NCBI GenBank assembly: GCA_002498125.1
Contig: DAGG01000029.1
Location: 898-64,897 of the forward strand
Length of the DNA stretch: 64,000 nt
Source: Candidatus Woesearchaeota archaeon UBA525
GTDB lineage: Archaea > Nanobdellota > Nanobdellia > Woesearchaeales > UBA525
Direction: 5' to 3'
Shown: positions 9,207 to 18,400 of the stretch, one piece after another
How the letters are laid out: every line of letters starts with the position of its first letter
How positions within the stretch are numbered: the first letter of the stretch is position 1
Made by a program: the position numbers and the translations under genes
Notes under the pieces: model-generated
What the model was told of the DNA's origin: nothing
What the model saw: the letters and a program-made list of their open reading frames with translations, nothing else
The model's database searches: none

Positions 9207-10382
9207 TCAGCCAGAGGCTTTCCGTTCCATCACTGAGAGCACCTCGATGTGCGGCGTCTGTGGGAAGAGGTCATAGCCCTCGAGCAGCGTGACCTCATAC
9301 CCTGCAGAGAGACGCTCGATGTCCTCCTGATGGGTGAGCGGGTTGCAACTGATATAGATGATGCGTTGCGGCGCCTGCCGCAGTAGCAGCGCGCACGCTT
9401 CTTTGCCCAGTCCTGGCCTTGCCGGGTCGCAGATCACCGTGTCAAAAGATATATTGTTAGACGCAAGCCACTGCGCCGCGTCAGCGACGTGGAACTCGGC
9501 ATTAACGATTTTGTTGAGCGAAGCGTTCTCCTGCGCCGCAGCGACTGCTTGCGCATTGAGCTCGACCCCGACCACACGCGAGGCCTTGGATGCGACTATC
9601 GCGCTGATTACGCCAACACCGCAGTAGAGATCGAGCACAGCCCCGCGGACATGCTCTGCTGCTGCAGTGAACAACTCACCCGCCATGCGCGTGTTCGCCT
9701 GGAAGAAAGTCGTCGGCCCGACGCGGAAGCGCTTACCGGCGATGACGTCAATGATATAATCCCTGCCGACGTGCATGTAGGGTTCTCCGACAGACACATC
9801 GGCCTTGCCCTTCACTGTCGTCCACCAGACGCTCGTCGCGCCGGTGGCTGCAACCTCGTGAAGGATAGAACGGAATACTGCATCCTGCTCAACACTTGGC
9901 GCAACCGTTGTCAGGATCACCATGATCTCTCCGACCTCGCCTGTACGGACCACAATATACTTCAAGAATCCATCATGCCTGATGTAATTGTAATCAGGGA
10001 TGTTGTGCGAAATGATTATCTCCCGCGCCTTGCGGTACGCCTCCTGCGCCGCAGCGGAGTGGAGCAGGCACACTTTCACGTTGACGACCTGCGCATACTT
10101 CCCGCGCTTGCGAAGCCCTGACTTACCAAAAGCCTGGACAAAGTCCATCCTGTTCCTGTACCCGAGCGGCTCTGAGCAAGGATGCACTTCCACCGGCCTT
10201 CCATACACTCCCTCGAGGTAGCGTACCTTGACGCGGACCTGATCATCGTAACCGTACTCCTGCAGCATGCAGCCACCGCAGCCTTCGGCGACGTGCGGGC
10301 ATGCAGGAGCCTGCCGGGAATCATCCTCCAGCAGCCTGAGGAACGATTCCTTTCGCCTGCGATCACTGTGCTTCTCATCCAT
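9207..10382 (-). CDS. TrmA/RlmD-family RNA (uracil-5)-methyltransferase with Fe-S/TRAM N-terminus
   Basis: Cys cluster CPHVAEGCGGC. MT motifs VLDLYCGVGVIS, ICDPAR and the C-terminal ISCNP. The start is taken at MDEKH (10382), which has a TATA-like ttaaaaaggg element upstream; the ORF can extend to 10487. Confidence 0.75.
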   Translation of the reverse strand: MDEKHSDRRRKESFLRLLEDDSRQAPACPHVAEGCGGCMLQEYGYDDQVRVKVRYLEGVYGRPVEVHPCSEPLGYRNRMDFVQAFGKSGLRKRGKYAQVVNVKVCLLHSAAAQEAYRKAREIIISHNIPDYNYIRHDGFLKYIVVRTGEVGEIMVILTTVAPSVEQDAVFRSILHEVAATGATSVWWTTVKGKADVSVGEPYMHVGRDYIIDVIAGKRFRVGPTTFFQANTRMAGELFTAAAEHVRGAVLDLYCGVGVISAIVASKASRVVGVELNAQAVAAAQENASLNKIVNAEFHVADAAQWLASNNISFDTVICDPARPGLGKEACALLLRQAPQRIIYISCNPLTHQEDIERLSAGYEVTLLEGYDLFPQTPHIEVLSVMERKASG

Positions 10383-10449
10383 AGAGGGGAGGACCCACAG
10401 GACATTTTTATGAGTACCCTTTTTAACCCCGGACTGCGGAGAACATCGC

Positions 10450-10875
10450 ATGGAACCCATCGTCATCTCTATCATTGTCATCCTCACCGCGGTCGTCTTC
10501 TACCTCCTCGGTCGTCTCATCGCCGAGCGAGGGTTCTCCAAGCGTATCATTGTGGAGCGGGAGGATGCTGCAAAGCGCAGTCGCGCTGTGGTCGGTGGCC
10601 AGTTCAGCGAACAGCTCGCGCCCTACCTGCCGGGATTCCAGTACAGGCCGACAGAGGCGAAGTTTCTCGGCAAGCCCGTGGACTTCATCGTGTTCGAGGG
10701 CCTGGATGAGAAGAGCATTAGCGGCGTCGTGTTCCTCGAAGTGAAATCCGGCGCGTCGCGCCTGTCGGCAACAGAGAAATCGCTCAAGGAAGCGATTGCC
10801 GCGGGCAATGTGCGCTATGAGACCTACCAGGTCCCTGAGGAGCTCACTTCCTCAAGGTCAAGGCCTGCGCCGTAG
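10450..10875 (+). CDS. Membrane-anchored PD-(D/E)xK nuclease-fold protein (Hjc-like)
   Basis: One N-terminal TM helix, then VDFIVFEG...VVFLEVKSG, matching the D...ExK catalytic core of Hjc/restriction-endonuclease-like folds. Confidence 0.5.
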   Translation: MEPIVISIIVILTAVVFYLLGRLIAERGFSKRIIVEREDAAKRSRAVVGGQFSEQLAPYLPGFQYRPTEAKFLGKPVDFIVFEGLDEKSISGVVFLEVKSGASRLSATEKSLKEAIAAGNVRYETYQVPEELTSSRSRPAP

Positions 10876-11315
10876 CGCACGGCTTTTCGCAGCGCACGGC
10901 GCTGGCCTTCATCAGCGGCAGCGTATGCGCGTCGTAGCGATTTCGCGATCACAGGCATCGCCTGCGCGTACATCTCCATGAACTTACGGGAATCGCACTT
11001 TTCGAAGTCTTCCTGACGTAAGTCATAGCCTCCGAAATTGCGCAGTCTCGCTGAGGGCCAGAACTTGCCCCCGGGAACGCCGTTGCGCACAGCGCGCGGC
11101 AAACCGTCCTCGAAGATGAGCGTATAGTCCTGGAGTCCTGCGCGCGTCTTCCTGCCGGTCCTGCAATTAAGGATCATCTCGACGTGGTCCTCGTCTGTCG
11201 GGCAGGCCGCAGGCGTTTCGATGACCTCATGCTCCTCTCCCCAGATGTCTGCGCGCAGCACAGCGTAGTCCACTACAATGTCACCGAGCGACATCTTGCT
11301 CTTGTAGATAGTCAC
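10824..11315 (-). CDS. Hypothetical protein
   Basis: Non-repetitive 163-aa ORF. Its 3' end overlaps the convergent 10450..10875 gene by 52 nt. Confidence 0.4.
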   Translation of the reverse strand: MTIYKSKMSLGDIVVDYAVLRADIWGEEHEVIETPAACPTDEDHVEMILNCRTGRKTRAGLQDYTLIFEDGLPRAVRNGVPGGKFWPSARLRNFGGYDLRQEDFEKCDSRKFMEMYAQAMPVIAKSLRRAYAAADEGQRRALRKAVRYGAGLDLEEVSSSGTW

Positions 11316-11332
11316 CTTTCCACCCCGGCCAA

Positions 11333-11836
11333 TCAGCGGAACACTCCTTCATCCGGCAGCGCGAATTTCGCGTCCCTACGAGCCGAATCGTAGTCGAAAT
11401 GGCAGTGGACATCGTGCTCGTACTCATCGATGTCGATTCCTTGGCGCAGTATCGGCACAAGACCCACTGGAAGCGGCTTGTCCATGTAGCGATCCTCATT
11501 GCCGCAGAGCTCCACGAGGCGTTTGACAACAGGACGGAAGCCACTGTCTTCGTCATTCTCCTCGCCGAAATATGCCTTCAGCACATCGGGGGCTGTCGGA
11601 GGAGAGAATTGCGATGACCCGTTCCTTATGCCGGTGAGCATTCCATCCCTCCATTGGAACGTGTGCCCGCGGTACTCCACGCGGACCTCAATCGAATCAC
11701 CATCGCTTGGGAAATAGCCAGGATCGCGGAATGATTTGATAAGTTCGCCGTTGGCTGTGCGTCTCTCCGCATGATCCTCGCCGCTGTACCATATGTACAG
11801 GTCGCTTATTTTCGCATCGTTCCAGTGCTCTGCCAT
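11333..11836 (-). CDS. Hypothetical protein
   Basis: 167-aa ORF directly upstream of 10824..11315 on the same strand. Sits in a divergent promoter region with ychF. Confidence 0.45.
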   Translation of the reverse strand: MAEHWNDAKISDLYIWYSGEDHAERRTANGELIKSFRDPGYFPSDGDSIEVRVEYRGHTFQWRDGMLTGIRNGSSQFSPPTAPDVLKAYFGEENDEDSGFRPVVKRLVELCGNEDRYMDKPLPVGLVPILRQGIDIDEYEHDVHCHFDYDSARRDAKFALPDEGVFR

Positions 11837-11956
11837 CGTATCCCTCCAATCCAGTCGAAAATATCATACTTCATCATATTATATAAAGGTGCTTATCAGA
11901 AATATCAAGAAATCCTCCAGGAACACAGGAAAACGGAAAACTCTCCGACGGCAACA

Positions 11957-11966
11957 GGCTTATAAA
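11957..11966 (+). promoter_or_regulatory. TATA-like element (cttataaatc) upstream of the YchF-like GTPase gene
   Basis: A/T-rich box in the divergent intergenic region. About 75 nt upstream of the GTG start. Confidence 0.3.
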
Positions 11967-12038
11967 TCTCTGATAGGTCCCATCAAGTATGCCTGTGCCA
12001 GTCACTATCGCTGCGAACCTCCAATCACGAGGTGCCTC

Positions 12039-13232
12039 GTGCTCGTAGGAATAGTAGGAAAACCGTCTTGCGGCAAGTCCACGTTCTTCAAAGCGAGCAC
12101 GCTCGCTGAAGTGGATATCGCGAACTACCCCTTCACCACGATCAAACCGAATCACGCAGTAGGTTTCGTCAAGGTCGAGGACCCGGCGATACCGTTCGGC
12201 AAGAAGAGCATCCCGCGCTTCGGCTACGTCGCCGACAAGTGGCGCTTCGTGCCTGTCGACATGATTGACGTCGCAGGCCTCGTGCCTGGCGCACACCGCG
12301 GCGAAGGTATGGGAGCCCAGTTCCTCGGCGACCTGAACCAGGCGGACGCGCTCATCCACGTCATCGACGTGTCCGGAAGCGTGAACGAGCGCGGCGAGGC
12401 AGTACAGCCCCTGAGCTACGACCCAGCGAACGACATCGCATTCCTCGAGGAAGAGCTCGACTACTGGTACCTCGGCATCCTGAACAAGTCATGGGAGAAG
12501 CTGAGCCGCCAGGCGCAGATGGAGCACCAGGAGCCGTTCAAGGCTGTCGCCAAGCAGATGAGCGGCCTAGGCGTGGACGAAGACATGTCCAAGCGCGAGA
12601 TAGCGAAGCTCAGCCTCGACAAAAAGCACCTCCTCGACTGGACGCAGGATGACCTGCTTGCGCTCGCGCGATCCTTCCGCATCATCACCAAGCCCATGCT
12701 CATCGCAGCAAACAAGGTCGATGTCCCTGGCGCGAAGGCGAACTACGAACGACTCAAGGCCGCGTTCCCGCAGCACCGCATCGTGCCCTGCTCTGCCGAA
12801 GCAGAGCTCGCGCTGCGAGAAGCTGCCAAGCACAATCTCATCACGTACATCCCAGGTGAAAGTGATTTTGGAATAGTCGGGACGCTCTCAGAGAAGCAGG
12901 CTGCAGCGCTCAAGTTCATCAAGGAGAAGGTCCTCGCTGAGTTCGGATCGACGGGAGTGCAGGAGGTGCTGAACACAGCAGTCTTCAATCTCCTCCGGTA
13001 CAAGCCCATCTACCCCGGCGGCGTCGGCAAGCTTGAGGACTCAGAGGGCCGCATCATCCCAGACTGCTTCCTCATGAAGGAAAAAGCTACAGCGCTCGAT
13101 TTCGCCTACAAGCTCCACACCGACTTCGGCAAGAACTTCATCAAGGCAGTGAACGTCAGGACGAAGATGCCCGTCGGAAAAGACCACGTGCTGGAGCCTG
13201 GTTCTATCATCGAGATCATGGCGGGGAAATGA
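12039..13232 (+). CDS. ychF: YchF/OLA1-family (Obg-like) GTPase/ATPase with C-terminal TGS domain
   Basis: G1 motif VGIVGKPSCGKST and DVAGLV (G3). C-terminal TGS-like segment YPGG...IIEI. The start is taken as GTG at 12039, which gives a 397-aa protein typical of the family. The ORF track begins at 11793 with a non-homologous extension. Confidence 0.75.
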   Translation: MLVGIVGKPSCGKSTFFKASTLAEVDIANYPFTTIKPNHAVGFVKVEDPAIPFGKKSIPRFGYVADKWRFVPVDMIDVAGLVPGAHRGEGMGAQFLGDLNQADALIHVIDVSGSVNERGEAVQPLSYDPANDIAFLEEELDYWYLGILNKSWEKLSRQAQMEHQEPFKAVAKQMSGLGVDEDMSKREIAKLSLDKKHLLDWTQDDLLALARSFRIITKPMLIAANKVDVPGAKANYERLKAAFPQHRIVPCSAEAELALREAAKHNLITYIPGESDFGIVGTLSEKQAAALKFIKEKVLAEFGSTGVQEVLNTAVFNLLRYKPIYPGGVGKLEDSEGRIIPDCFLMKEKATALDFAYKLHTDFGKNFIKAVNVRTKMPVGKDHVLEPGSIIEIMAGK

Positions 13233-13336
13233 TTCCGGAGATCCTCGGCAAGAAGGCCCTGCTGGAAGCTGAGCATATCTAGGGAAACCATAAAAAGAGA
13301 GCCATTACCCCTTCAGTAGGTGGGGAAGGCACGTCA

Positions 13337-13900
13337 ATGAGGAAGACATACGGTCGTAATTATTGGCTTCAGAACGGGGTCCTAGAGCAAGAAAACTGCG
13401 ATGGCATTCCACAATTCTGCAGTTTAGCCCCTCACATAGCAGAGGATTTCCCAAGATACAAGCTCATCCCGGAGTATCTGAAGCTCGGCTGGGATGGAAA
13501 ACGGCAACGCTTGGTGCCGTCCAACTGGGATGGAGTCAAGCTAGGCTTCGCGAAGGATGCAATACTTGTGCCGCACAGGGCTGATTTCCTGCAGATAAAG
13601 AATACGGGATGGAGAGGACGCGGCGAAGGGCCGACTCTTGCCATTGCTGAAGTAGATTACATGGTCATCTCATCGATCCGCGATCTCACTAAACGCGATT
13701 TCGAGCTGCTCCATCGCCGTAGCGCTGAGGGAGTCAGACGAGCAGTGGCTGATGAGTACGGCATCAAGCCTGCGCTCGACGACATGATTTCCATATACTC
13801 CTACCAGGTGCGGGGCCATGCGAGAGGCCTATACAATACCAAGATAAAATTCACCAAAGAGGAGAAAGAGAAGATAAAGTTCATATTCAGCGGAGGATGA
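13337..13900 (+). CDS. Hypothetical protein (187 aa)
   Basis: Non-repetitive ORF. Start-coupled to the next gene (ggATGAcgatATG). Confidence 0.45.
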   Translation: MRKTYGRNYWLQNGVLEQENCDGIPQFCSLAPHIAEDFPRYKLIPEYLKLGWDGKRQRLVPSNWDGVKLGFAKDAILVPHRADFLQIKNTGWRGRGEGPTLAIAEVDYMVISSIRDLTKRDFELLHRRSAEGVRRAVADEYGIKPALDDMISIYSYQVRGHARGLYNTKIKFTKEEKEKIKFIFSGG

Positions 13901-13904
13901 CGAT

Positions 13905-14342
13905 ATGCGTAACGAATACATCTACCAAGTTCCTTTCGATGAGCTGAAGGCAGCTGTCGAGCTGGATTTCCCCGGCTTCGGCATCGCCGAGGACAAGAAT
14001 ATCAGGTTCTTCAACTACCACACCCCGAACATCACCAGCGGCAGGAAGCAGGTAACCATCAGGTTCGCGAAACCCACAGAGAACAAGCTCATCAGGCTTC
14101 CAACGGCACAGACCCTGCCGTGGCTCGAGACCTCGCCGGAGAACCCGTATGCTGGTCCGCAGATAGGAGAGATCTACATCCCGCGTATCGCAGTGGCCAC
14201 AGTACGCGATTTCCCAGCAGCATGGGCAAAGCTCGACCTCTACCCTACGAAGAAGGCCATGCTCGAAGATATCGGGAACACATACCACCACGTCCTGCAG
14301 CCGGACGACGTGCTCTCGATGTACTGGATAGACCCGTGCTGA
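13905..14342 (+). CDS. Hypothetical protein (145 aa)
   Basis: Tightly linked downstream of 13337..13900. Same strand as the ABC exporter that follows. Confidence 0.45.
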   Translation: MRNEYIYQVPFDELKAAVELDFPGFGIAEDKNIRFFNYHTPNITSGRKQVTIRFAKPTENKLIRLPTAQTLPWLETSPENPYAGPQIGEIYIPRIAVATVRDFPAAWAKLDLYPTKKAMLEDIGNTYHHVLQPDDVLSMYWIDPC

Positions 14343-14408
14343 GCGCATCCGGAACTCCTCCGGCAGCCTTCCAGGAACGCTTAAAAAGCTGCAGCTAACA
14401 CCTAGAGT

Positions 14409-16166
14409 ATGGTGAGTTACTTTCTCAAAGTAGGTAACGACCTCGCTCGCCTCAGCCCTAGGATCAAGCAGTTCTTCGTGCGACTGACATTCATGTCGCT
14501 CACGTTCGAACTCATCAAGCTCGTCCCGCCGCTGCTCTTCAAGGGAATCATTGACCGCCTCGTCGTGTACGATCCTGCGGTCGGCCTCACCTTCGAACTC
14601 GTACTCTTCCTCATCGCAGGCTATGCCGGCGCGATGCTCCTCATGACAGTCTTCGACGTCATACTCCAGCGCATCCTAGATTATAACATCCGGGACGCCG
14701 AAGTCGATGTCGCGCAGCGCACCTTACGCAAGCTCCTCGCGCTTGACGTCACGTACCACGAGAGCAACGAGACAGGCGCAAGCGTGAACAAGATCATCAA
14801 AGGCCAGGGGAAACTCTTCGACGTACTCTACAACACGATGTACCTGCTCTTCCCGGTCTTCTTCCAGGCGATGTTCACCGGCATCCTCTTGATCTACTTC
14901 GGATGGCAGATAGGGCTCCTCTTCATCATCGTGCTGCCGCTCTTTGTCATAATCATGCTGCGCGGAGCAGAGGAGACGCAGGAGAGCCGCGAAGAGTACC
15001 ACGCGCACTACGACCGCTTCGCCGGCGCGACAGTGCAGTCGGTCTCCAACATCAGGACAGTCAAAGACTTCGACAACGAAGGGATTGAGTACTCCAAGGC
15101 AGACACGCACCTGCAGGCGTACCGCGCTGCCATCACCAAGCGCGTGCGCATCGGCCTCAAGCACATGGCGGCGCAGCAGATACTCACTGATACCGCGCGC
15201 GTCCTCACGCTCGTGCTCGCAGTATGGCTCCTTATCAAGGGCACCATAACCACAGGATCACTCGTCCTCATCATGACGCTCTCAGAGAAGTCCTACCTGA
15301 ACCTGCACAGGCTCTACCGCGTCTACTACACCATGCAAGACGCCGAGCCGAGCATCAAGCGCCTCGGCGAGATATACGATGCGAAGCTCACTGTGCTCGA
15401 CACGCAGAGCGACCACAAGGTGACTGCTGGCCGTGTCGAGTTCAAGGACGTGACCTTCAAGTACAGCCCTGGCGGACAGGACGCGCTCAAGGCAGTGAGC
15501 TTCACAGTCGAGCCTAAGAGCACAGTGGCCCTTGTTGGCCGCTCAGGGAGTGGGAAGAGCACACTCGTCAAGCTCCTCATGCGTCACGCAGATCCCGCGT
15601 CTGGCGCGATACTCGTCGATGGTGTCCCGAGCAATGAGTACTCGTTCAAGAACCTGCGCGGCGCCATGGCGGTCGTGTCACAAGATGTCGAGCTCTTCAA
15701 CGCGACGATACACGATAACATCGCATACGGCCTGCCCGACGCGTCGCGTGAAGAGGTCATCGCTGCGGCAAGGCTCGCCCACGCGCACGAGTTCATCGAG
15801 CGATTTGAGAAGGGCTATGATACTATGGTCGGCGAGCGCGGAGTCAAGCTCTCTGGCGGCCAGAAGCAGCGCGTGGCCATCGCGCGGGCGCTCCTGCGAA
15901 AGCCGAAGATCCTCATCTTCGATGAGGCGACATCATCCTTGGACGCGGAATCAGAGCAGATGATCCACAAGGCGATCTTCGGCATGAGCGGTAAGCTCAC
16001 GCTCATCATCATCGCGCACCGCTTCGCCACCATAGAGCACGCTGACAAGGTCATCCTGCTCGAGCAGGGCGAGGTCAGAGAGACCGGAACACACAGGGAA
16101 CTCATGCGGAAGAAAGGCATCTTCTCCAAGCTCCGCAAGCTCCAGCAGCTGGGCGAAGTGGATTGA
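14409..16166 (+). CDS. ABC exporter, fused permease + ATPase (type I, MsbA/MdlB-like)
   Basis: Six N-terminal TM helices. Walker A GRSGSGKST, ABC signature LSGGQKQR, Walker B ILIFDEATS. Confidence 0.85.
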   Translation: MVSYFLKVGNDLARLSPRIKQFFVRLTFMSLTFELIKLVPPLLFKGIIDRLVVYDPAVGLTFELVLFLIAGYAGAMLLMTVFDVILQRILDYNIRDAEVDVAQRTLRKLLALDVTYHESNETGASVNKIIKGQGKLFDVLYNTMYLLFPVFFQAMFTGILLIYFGWQIGLLFIIVLPLFVIIMLRGAEETQESREEYHAHYDRFAGATVQSVSNIRTVKDFDNEGIEYSKADTHLQAYRAAITKRVRIGLKHMAAQQILTDTARVLTLVLAVWLLIKGTITTGSLVLIMTLSEKSYLNLHRLYRVYYTMQDAEPSIKRLGEIYDAKLTVLDTQSDHKVTAGRVEFKDVTFKYSPGGQDALKAVSFTVEPKSTVALVGRSGSGKSTLVKLLMRHADPASGAILVDGVPSNEYSFKNLRGAMAVVSQDVELFNATIHDNIAYGLPDASREEVIAAARLAHAHEFIERFEKGYDTMVGERGVKLSGGQKQRVAIARALLRKPKILIFDEATSSLDAESEQMIHKAIFGMSGKLTLIIIAHRFATIEHADKVILLEQGEVRETGTHRELMRKKGIFSKLRKLQQLGEVD

Positions 16167-16171
16167 ACGCG

Positions 16172-16987
16172 TCAGCGCGAACACCAGTTCCCGGAGAGCG
16201 TTCCGTCGGGGAACAATGTGAGCTTCTTTCCTGACGCATACATATCATGCGACTCCTCTGCCAGGAGCCGCACGCCATTCTCAGCAGCCCACATCCACAT
16301 CTGCGGAAGCTCCTCGGGGAGTGAATCATAGTCGAGTCGGTCATTGATATCCCGCAGCGGCCATGCCGAGATGCTGTCCGCACCGATTTCTCTAAGACGC
16401 GTGACAGACGCGACGAAGCTATCCAGCGTGCAGATAGTGGTCTTACCGAGTAGCAGGTTCGCGCGCATCGTGAGGCCTGCGTCGTGAATTCTTCCAATGA
16501 CATCGGCGAATGGCGGATAGCTCCTGACGCCATATACCTCTGCATTCCTCCTCTCATCAGTATCGTGGACTGTCACGTAGATGGTCGAGAGGCCGAGGCC
16601 GCGCCAGCGCGGCAGGTACTGTTCGCAGAACACCTTATCTTCGCCGATCCTTATGCCGTTAGAGTACAGGTTGATCGGCGAGTAAGCCATACCAGCGAGA
16701 TTGTGCGCGATGCCGAGGACCTTAGTGACTGATATCGGCGAGAGTGTTGGCTCGCCGCTGCTGCTCAGCGATAGCGATCGCGCTCCGCGCGCATAGCATG
16801 ACGCGAGTGTCTCGCGCACGATATCCTCCTCCACCTCGCCGTCCCTACGCGGAGCATACCTCCTATGGATGAGCCCGGCACAGTGGCTGCAGCGCGCATT
16901 GCACGCACCTGTGCCGACGAAGAGCGCGAGGCTGCTCAGCGCATCCCTAGCATGCACCTCTATTCCAACACTCTTCACTTCATACAT
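16172..16987 (-). CDS. Small radical-SAM enzyme (COG0602 QueE/NrdG/viperin-like), paralog B
   Basis: GACNARCSHC (CxxxCxxC) and SSSGEPT (GGEP-like). About 40% identical to the adjacent paralog. 13-nt overlap with the upstream gene. Confidence 0.7.
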   Translation of the reverse strand: MYEVKSVGIEVHARDALSSLALFVGTGACNARCSHCAGLIHRRYAPRRDGEVEEDIVRETLASCYARGARSLSLSSSGEPTLSPISVTKVLGIAHNLAGMAYSPINLYSNGIRIGEDKVFCEQYLPRWRGLGLSTIYVTVHDTDERRNAEVYGVRSYPPFADVIGRIHDAGLTMRANLLLGKTTICTLDSFVASVTRLREIGADSISAWPLRDINDRLDYDSLPEELPQMWMWAAENGVRLLAEESHDMYASGKKLTLFPDGTLSGNWCSR

Positions 16988-17841
16988 AACGCACCCTCTT
17001 TTATCCAGGAGTAAGCTACAGTCCCATCCTGGAAGATGACGAGCTGACGGACGAAGTCCTTCTTCGGATCGTGTTTCGTGACGTAGTCAGTGATACGCAG
17101 GATATTGCCTTTGTAGTCGTACACTCCGCCGCCCCAATCATGTCCGTGGCAGAGCTTCGCGTTCCTGTGCAACCATCGCCTGATGCCAAAAGTCCCTAGG
17201 CGCGATGGAGTGTACTCGTTCCTGGTGCCGTCGGGGTTGCCGACAGGCCAGGAGGTGATGTTATCGATGCCCTTGCTGATGAGCGTGTCAACAGACCGAG
17301 CGTACTCCGTAGCGTCATCCACTCCGCCCTTGCGTAGCAGCAGTGTCGCGCGCATCCCAAGACCATAGGACTTCACGTTCTCAGCAATATCCCCGAGGTC
17401 TGGGTAGTCCGGCAGGTTGTAAGCCCTGGCCTGTTCAGCCCTGTCGACGCTATGCACCGACACAGCGACGTTCGTGAGGCCGAGGTCCTTCCATGCCGGC
17501 AGGTTACGTTCGCAGTAGTCCTTGTCAGCGAGGAGTATGCCATTGGTGAAGAGGTTCACGTTCGGGAAGTACGCTCCCTCCTTGGCGCACTTGGTGTATA
17601 TCTCTAGCGCGCGCGTAAGCGCCTTTGGACTACAGGTGGGTTCGCCGCTGCTCGTGAGTGAGAGCGACCATCCGCCGTAGCGGGCGCAGAGCTTGATAGC
17701 GGCCTCGAGATTCTTGTCGTAGTTCGGGTTGGCTTTGGCATCGGGCCGAAGGTACTTTCCTGCGCAGAAGTCGCAGTCTGCGTTGCACGCGCCGCTACCC
17801 ACGAGCGCTGAGACGCTGTAGATCCTCTCTATGCATACCAT
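16975..17841 (-). CDS. Small radical-SAM enzyme (COG0602 QueE/NrdG/viperin-like), paralog A
   Basis: GACNADCDFC (CxxxCxxC) and TSSGEPT. 13-nt overlaps with both neighbouring genes, so it is operonic. Confidence 0.7.
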   Translation of the reverse strand: MVCIERIYSVSALVGSGACNADCDFCAGKYLRPDAKANPNYDKNLEAAIKLCARYGGWSLSLTSSGEPTCSPKALTRALEIYTKCAKEGAYFPNVNLFTNGILLADKDYCERNLPAWKDLGLTNVAVSVHSVDRAEQARAYNLPDYPDLGDIAENVKSYGLGMRATLLLRKGGVDDATEYARSVDTLISKGIDNITSWPVGNPDGTRNEYTPSRLGTFGIRRWLHRNAKLCHGHDWGGGVYDYKGNILRITDYVTKHDPKKDFVRQLVIFQDGTVAYSWIKEGALCMK

Positions 17842-18374
17842 CTCGCCACCTCCCGCAGCACGTGCTGCGCGCGTTCTTCCACGAAGGGTACAGTGATTAC
17901 CTTGAACCCGTAGTCTTCGTACGCCTTCCTGAGGTGCGCCGAAAGCAGCGCGCTCTCCTCAGGGGTCTCATCACGCGCTCCATCATTCTGGTAGAGGTGC
18001 GCAGGGACGGGATCGAGCAGGAACACACCTGCGTAATCAGCGGCTTTGCAGAGGCTGTGGAGCTCATCAGCCACCGGCGTCCCGAAGCGGCGGCAGTAGC
18101 CGATGTTGTCAACCAGGCCCCGGTCGAGGAAACTCGTCCCGTAGCAGCCGCGCTCAAGCTCTTGCTGCCTGACGTAGATGAGCCGCTGGAAAGCGGCGTT
18201 GTCGTTCTCAGGCAGGATGTAGGTCCGTCCCTGTTCCTTGCGCAGACGCTGCTCCTCTTTGATAGGACGCGCCGCCTCGTCGATGGTAGTGTAGCCGCGG
18301 CGCGCGAGCTCGCGCAGCAGTGTTGATTTTCCTGTACCCGGCCCGCCGGTGATGACGAACTTCTCAGTTACCAT
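17829..18374 (-). CDS. AAA_28-type P-loop ATPase / predicted nucleotide kinase
   Basis: ITGGPGTGKSTL Walker A at the N-terminus of a ~180-aa protein, typical of the AAA_28 (NadR-RNK-like) family. Confidence 0.65.
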   Translation of the reverse strand: MVTEKFVITGGPGTGKSTLLRELARRGYTTIDEAARPIKEEQRLRKEQGRTYILPENDNAAFQRLIYVRQQELERGCYGTSFLDRGLVDNIGYCRRFGTPVADELHSLCKAADYAGVFLLDPVPAHLYQNDGARDETPEESALLSAHLRKAYEDYGFKVITVPFVEERAQHVLREVARWYA

Positions 18375-18400
18375 AATAGTTATATAGTGTTGTAGTAATT

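Noticed and set aside
10182-10744. 175-aa and 89-aa plus-strand ORFs overlapping the TrmA-like gene and the nuclease gene
   Set aside because: They are Arg/Ser/Pro-rich and overlap better-supported genes in other frames.
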